Positions 61,576-64,000 of a stretch of DNA of 64,000 bases are shown piece after piece. This DNA comes from Lama guanicoe (lineage: Eukaryota): positions 3,837,312-3,901,311 of the forward strand of contig MU053561.1 of NCBI GenBank assembly GCA_013239625.1. The letters are read 5' to 3'. Within the stretch, counting starts at the first letter, position 1; each line of letters begins with the position of its first letter. The position numbers and the translations under genes are program-made. The notes under the pieces were generated by a model, which searched no databases, was not told where the DNA came from, and saw nothing but the letters and a program-made list of their open reading frames with translations.

Positions 61576-63124
61576 AGTGCAGTATCCCCTCAATATTTCC
61601 TAGTGGGCATCTCTGTGGAGCATGGGCAAGTCTACTGTTAAAAAGCTCCATAAATAATTCAGAGAGGCACCAAAAGTTGGGCATCCCTGAATAGACACTA
61701 AAAAGGGAGAACTATCATTAGGTCTTAAAACAGGCAGGGGTGATGGGTACAAAGTTGAATTACCCATCTCTCTTCAGAACTTAAAGGTCATTGTGACCCT
61801 TGGGCTAGCAGGATTCGTACTACTTGTGATTCCACCCTCTTGTCTTCTAGTGGAAGAAATAAACAATATTCTCATAACTACAAAAATGTGTGCAAGGTTT
61901 TGAGGGAGCTGGGACCTTTCCTCCAGATGACTATTTTAGTCTCCGTGACACCAGAGGCACCAAGGTCAGTCCAAGTCCAAGGCCAGTCCAGGGTCTAAGG
62001 CAAGTGAGTGTTCTGGGAAGGTAAGTTCTCCCAGTGACCCAGGAGAGGTGGCCATCTCTGCAATGGGGGTTATCACCCTGCCAGTGGCTCCTCAGATGGC
62101 AAAGAGAAAACCTCTAACTCGTTCTGGAGAATATTCTACTCTGTTTCCAAGGCCAGCCTCTCCCACGGGGTGATTGGGCATCTGCCAGGTGACCCGTGGG
62201 AGTAACCTGCACTTTCTGAACTTTTCTGTGGTATCGGGGAGGAAGGAGGGAGCAGCAAGCCTGGAGGTCTGCCAAGTGATGGGAATCATGGGAATGTGCC
62301 TGGCCAGTTCTGGGAGGTTGCCCAGCCCTGCTGGATGTGAGCTTCAGGGTCTTTGAAGGACCAAACATTGCTCTAGACACTTTGCTCCAGGTCCATTAAT
62401 CGTGATGACAAGTTCCAAAATTGCAAAGGGATTGCCCTTTGCCAGATCACATGTATCTATAGTCTGACATGAACAAACTGAGTTTGCCTTTTCTGTGTAT
62501 AATTGGCACCCAAATATAGCTAAAGAAAAAAAAAGAAAAGAAAAGAAAAGAAAAAGAGAGAGTTTTTGGCTTCTTCACCAGTTTAAAAATTATACTATGA
62601 CATTTATTGCTTCCATTATCCAAAAATGTCAGTTTGGAGCAGACTTGCCTCTCTCTTTGCAGCCACCCCGCCCCCTCCACAAAGTCTTCCCATGCCGATC
62701 TAATCAACACTGAGCTCTTGTGTCTGCAAGTCCCACTGTACTGTCTGCCTAACCAGGAGAGACCCTGGACAGGATTAGAGCACAGGAGAAGGTGCCTTTG
62801 GGCACTTTCAGCCTCTCTCTTTGCACGGCTTATAAAATTTCAGAAAGTGTAGATTATGGTTTTTGAAGCTATTTGCCTTTTTATTGTTCTCTCTTAATAA
62901 AAAGAAAGGGTTGATTCCATGTTAGATGTCATTACGTTCCCTCTTTGGATCCCATTTCACTAAAGAAAGTTTTAGTGAAGTCTTTGATGTGAATTGACAA
63001 TTGATCATGTTTACCTCCCTCCAGATGAAAGAAAACAATGCTTAATCCAAAGGAATAAATCATCAGTCGTGGCGTTTGGGGCAGCATCACTGGTGTGGAA
63101 GGATTACGTTGACTGGGAAGGAGT

Positions 63125-63474
63125 ATTAGAATGCGGTTTGGCTGCTGCAACAAAGGCCGAGATGGTGGTGACTTAGTCAAGGCAGAGATTTCTTTCTCGC
63201 CACCATGTCCTTTCGCGCTACCACAGCCAGCAGGACCAGGAGGGGGCAAGGAGGGCGCTGGCCTCGGCTTTCCAGTGGTTCTAACTGGACGTTACACAAG
63301 TTGCCTTTTCTCGCATTCTGTTTGCCAGAACCTTGTCAAAAGGCCACACCTAGTTGCAAGAGAGTCCGGGAAATGGAAGCTTTACTTGGGTGGCCACACA
63401 TCCAGGCAACGCTCTCCTACCAGAGAGGACATGGAGAACAGATAACGGGGTGACACCCTGAGGTCTCCGCCACA
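63125..63474 (-). mobile_element. MLT1I/J-like LTR
   Basis: ttgccagaaccttgtcaaaaggccacacctagttgcaagagagtccgggaaatg...gtctccgccaca. Confidence 0.7.
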
Positions 63475-64000
63475 GGAGACCTTCCTGCTGCCTTTCAGTT
63501 CACAGTCCTCGAGTGACTGCTCACCCTAACCAAGGCCGGTGTTAAATCTTTATAGGGAGTTTATCATCTGGCCTTCAAACACGTCTGTGTCCTCGGTGGG
63601 CGGTGTCTAGGAATGCTGCCACACTCACCCGCTGCCTAGCTGAGGGACAGACCTAGCTCACCATATTGGTGCTTTATTACTGCCATTTCCCACTCCTGGA
63701 CTGGCCACCAACTCTGTCACCCCTGCTTCAGAGTTACCTTCCACGTCCGGTCCCTCCTCTTCCTTGGCACCATTGTCTTTGTTCAGAGTTTCAAAATTCC
63801 ATCTCATTCCCTCTGTTAGGAATGTATTCAGTAAGTAATTATTCAGCACCTACTCTCTACTCTGTAGCAAGTAATAATATAGGAGCTACAGACAAAAGTG
63901 TGATCTTGGCTCTTCAGAGCGTGATGGGGAGACAAAACAAAAACGTGCCAACACCCTGAGTTTAGCCCCATGCGAGCCATTCGGGACCTTTGACCTTCAG

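Noticed and set aside
1..64000. CRISPR array, operon, phage or other prokaryotic system
   Set aside because: The sequence is mammalian, CpG-depleted and repeat-rich. The two tandem duplications have only two contiguous units and no spacers.

Overview
Mammalian genomic DNA, most likely camelid (alpaca, camel or llama). The evidence is three copies of a tRNA-derived SINE resembling the camelid vic-1 family and a young L1 3' end of the camelid type. I see no intact protein-coding gene, rRNA, real tRNA, CRISPR array or other prokaryotic feature. Most of the window is transposon relics (MIR, L2, L3/CR1, L1, MaLR/ERVL/ERV1 solo LTRs, hAT and TcMar DNA elements) mixed with unique non-coding sequence. 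The main non-obvious signal is a heavily decayed multi-exon gene fossil on the + strand at about 36.1-39.4 kb. Read across frameshifts, its fragments give an ordered series of motifs that match my recollection of Maestro HEAT-like repeat (MROH) proteins, most closely the MROH6/7-like proteins expanded in birds and reptiles. The ORF track does not show it as one ORF. That call and all repeat family names come from pattern recall, not a database search. Other points of interest are a dense solo-LTR/L1 island (11.3-23.4 kb), three MER41-like LTRs with variable internal repeats and decayed GAS-like sites, two near-perfect recent tandem duplications, an L2 retaining endonuclease-domain sequence, a CTCF-like site and two TCF/LEF-containing candidate enhancers.
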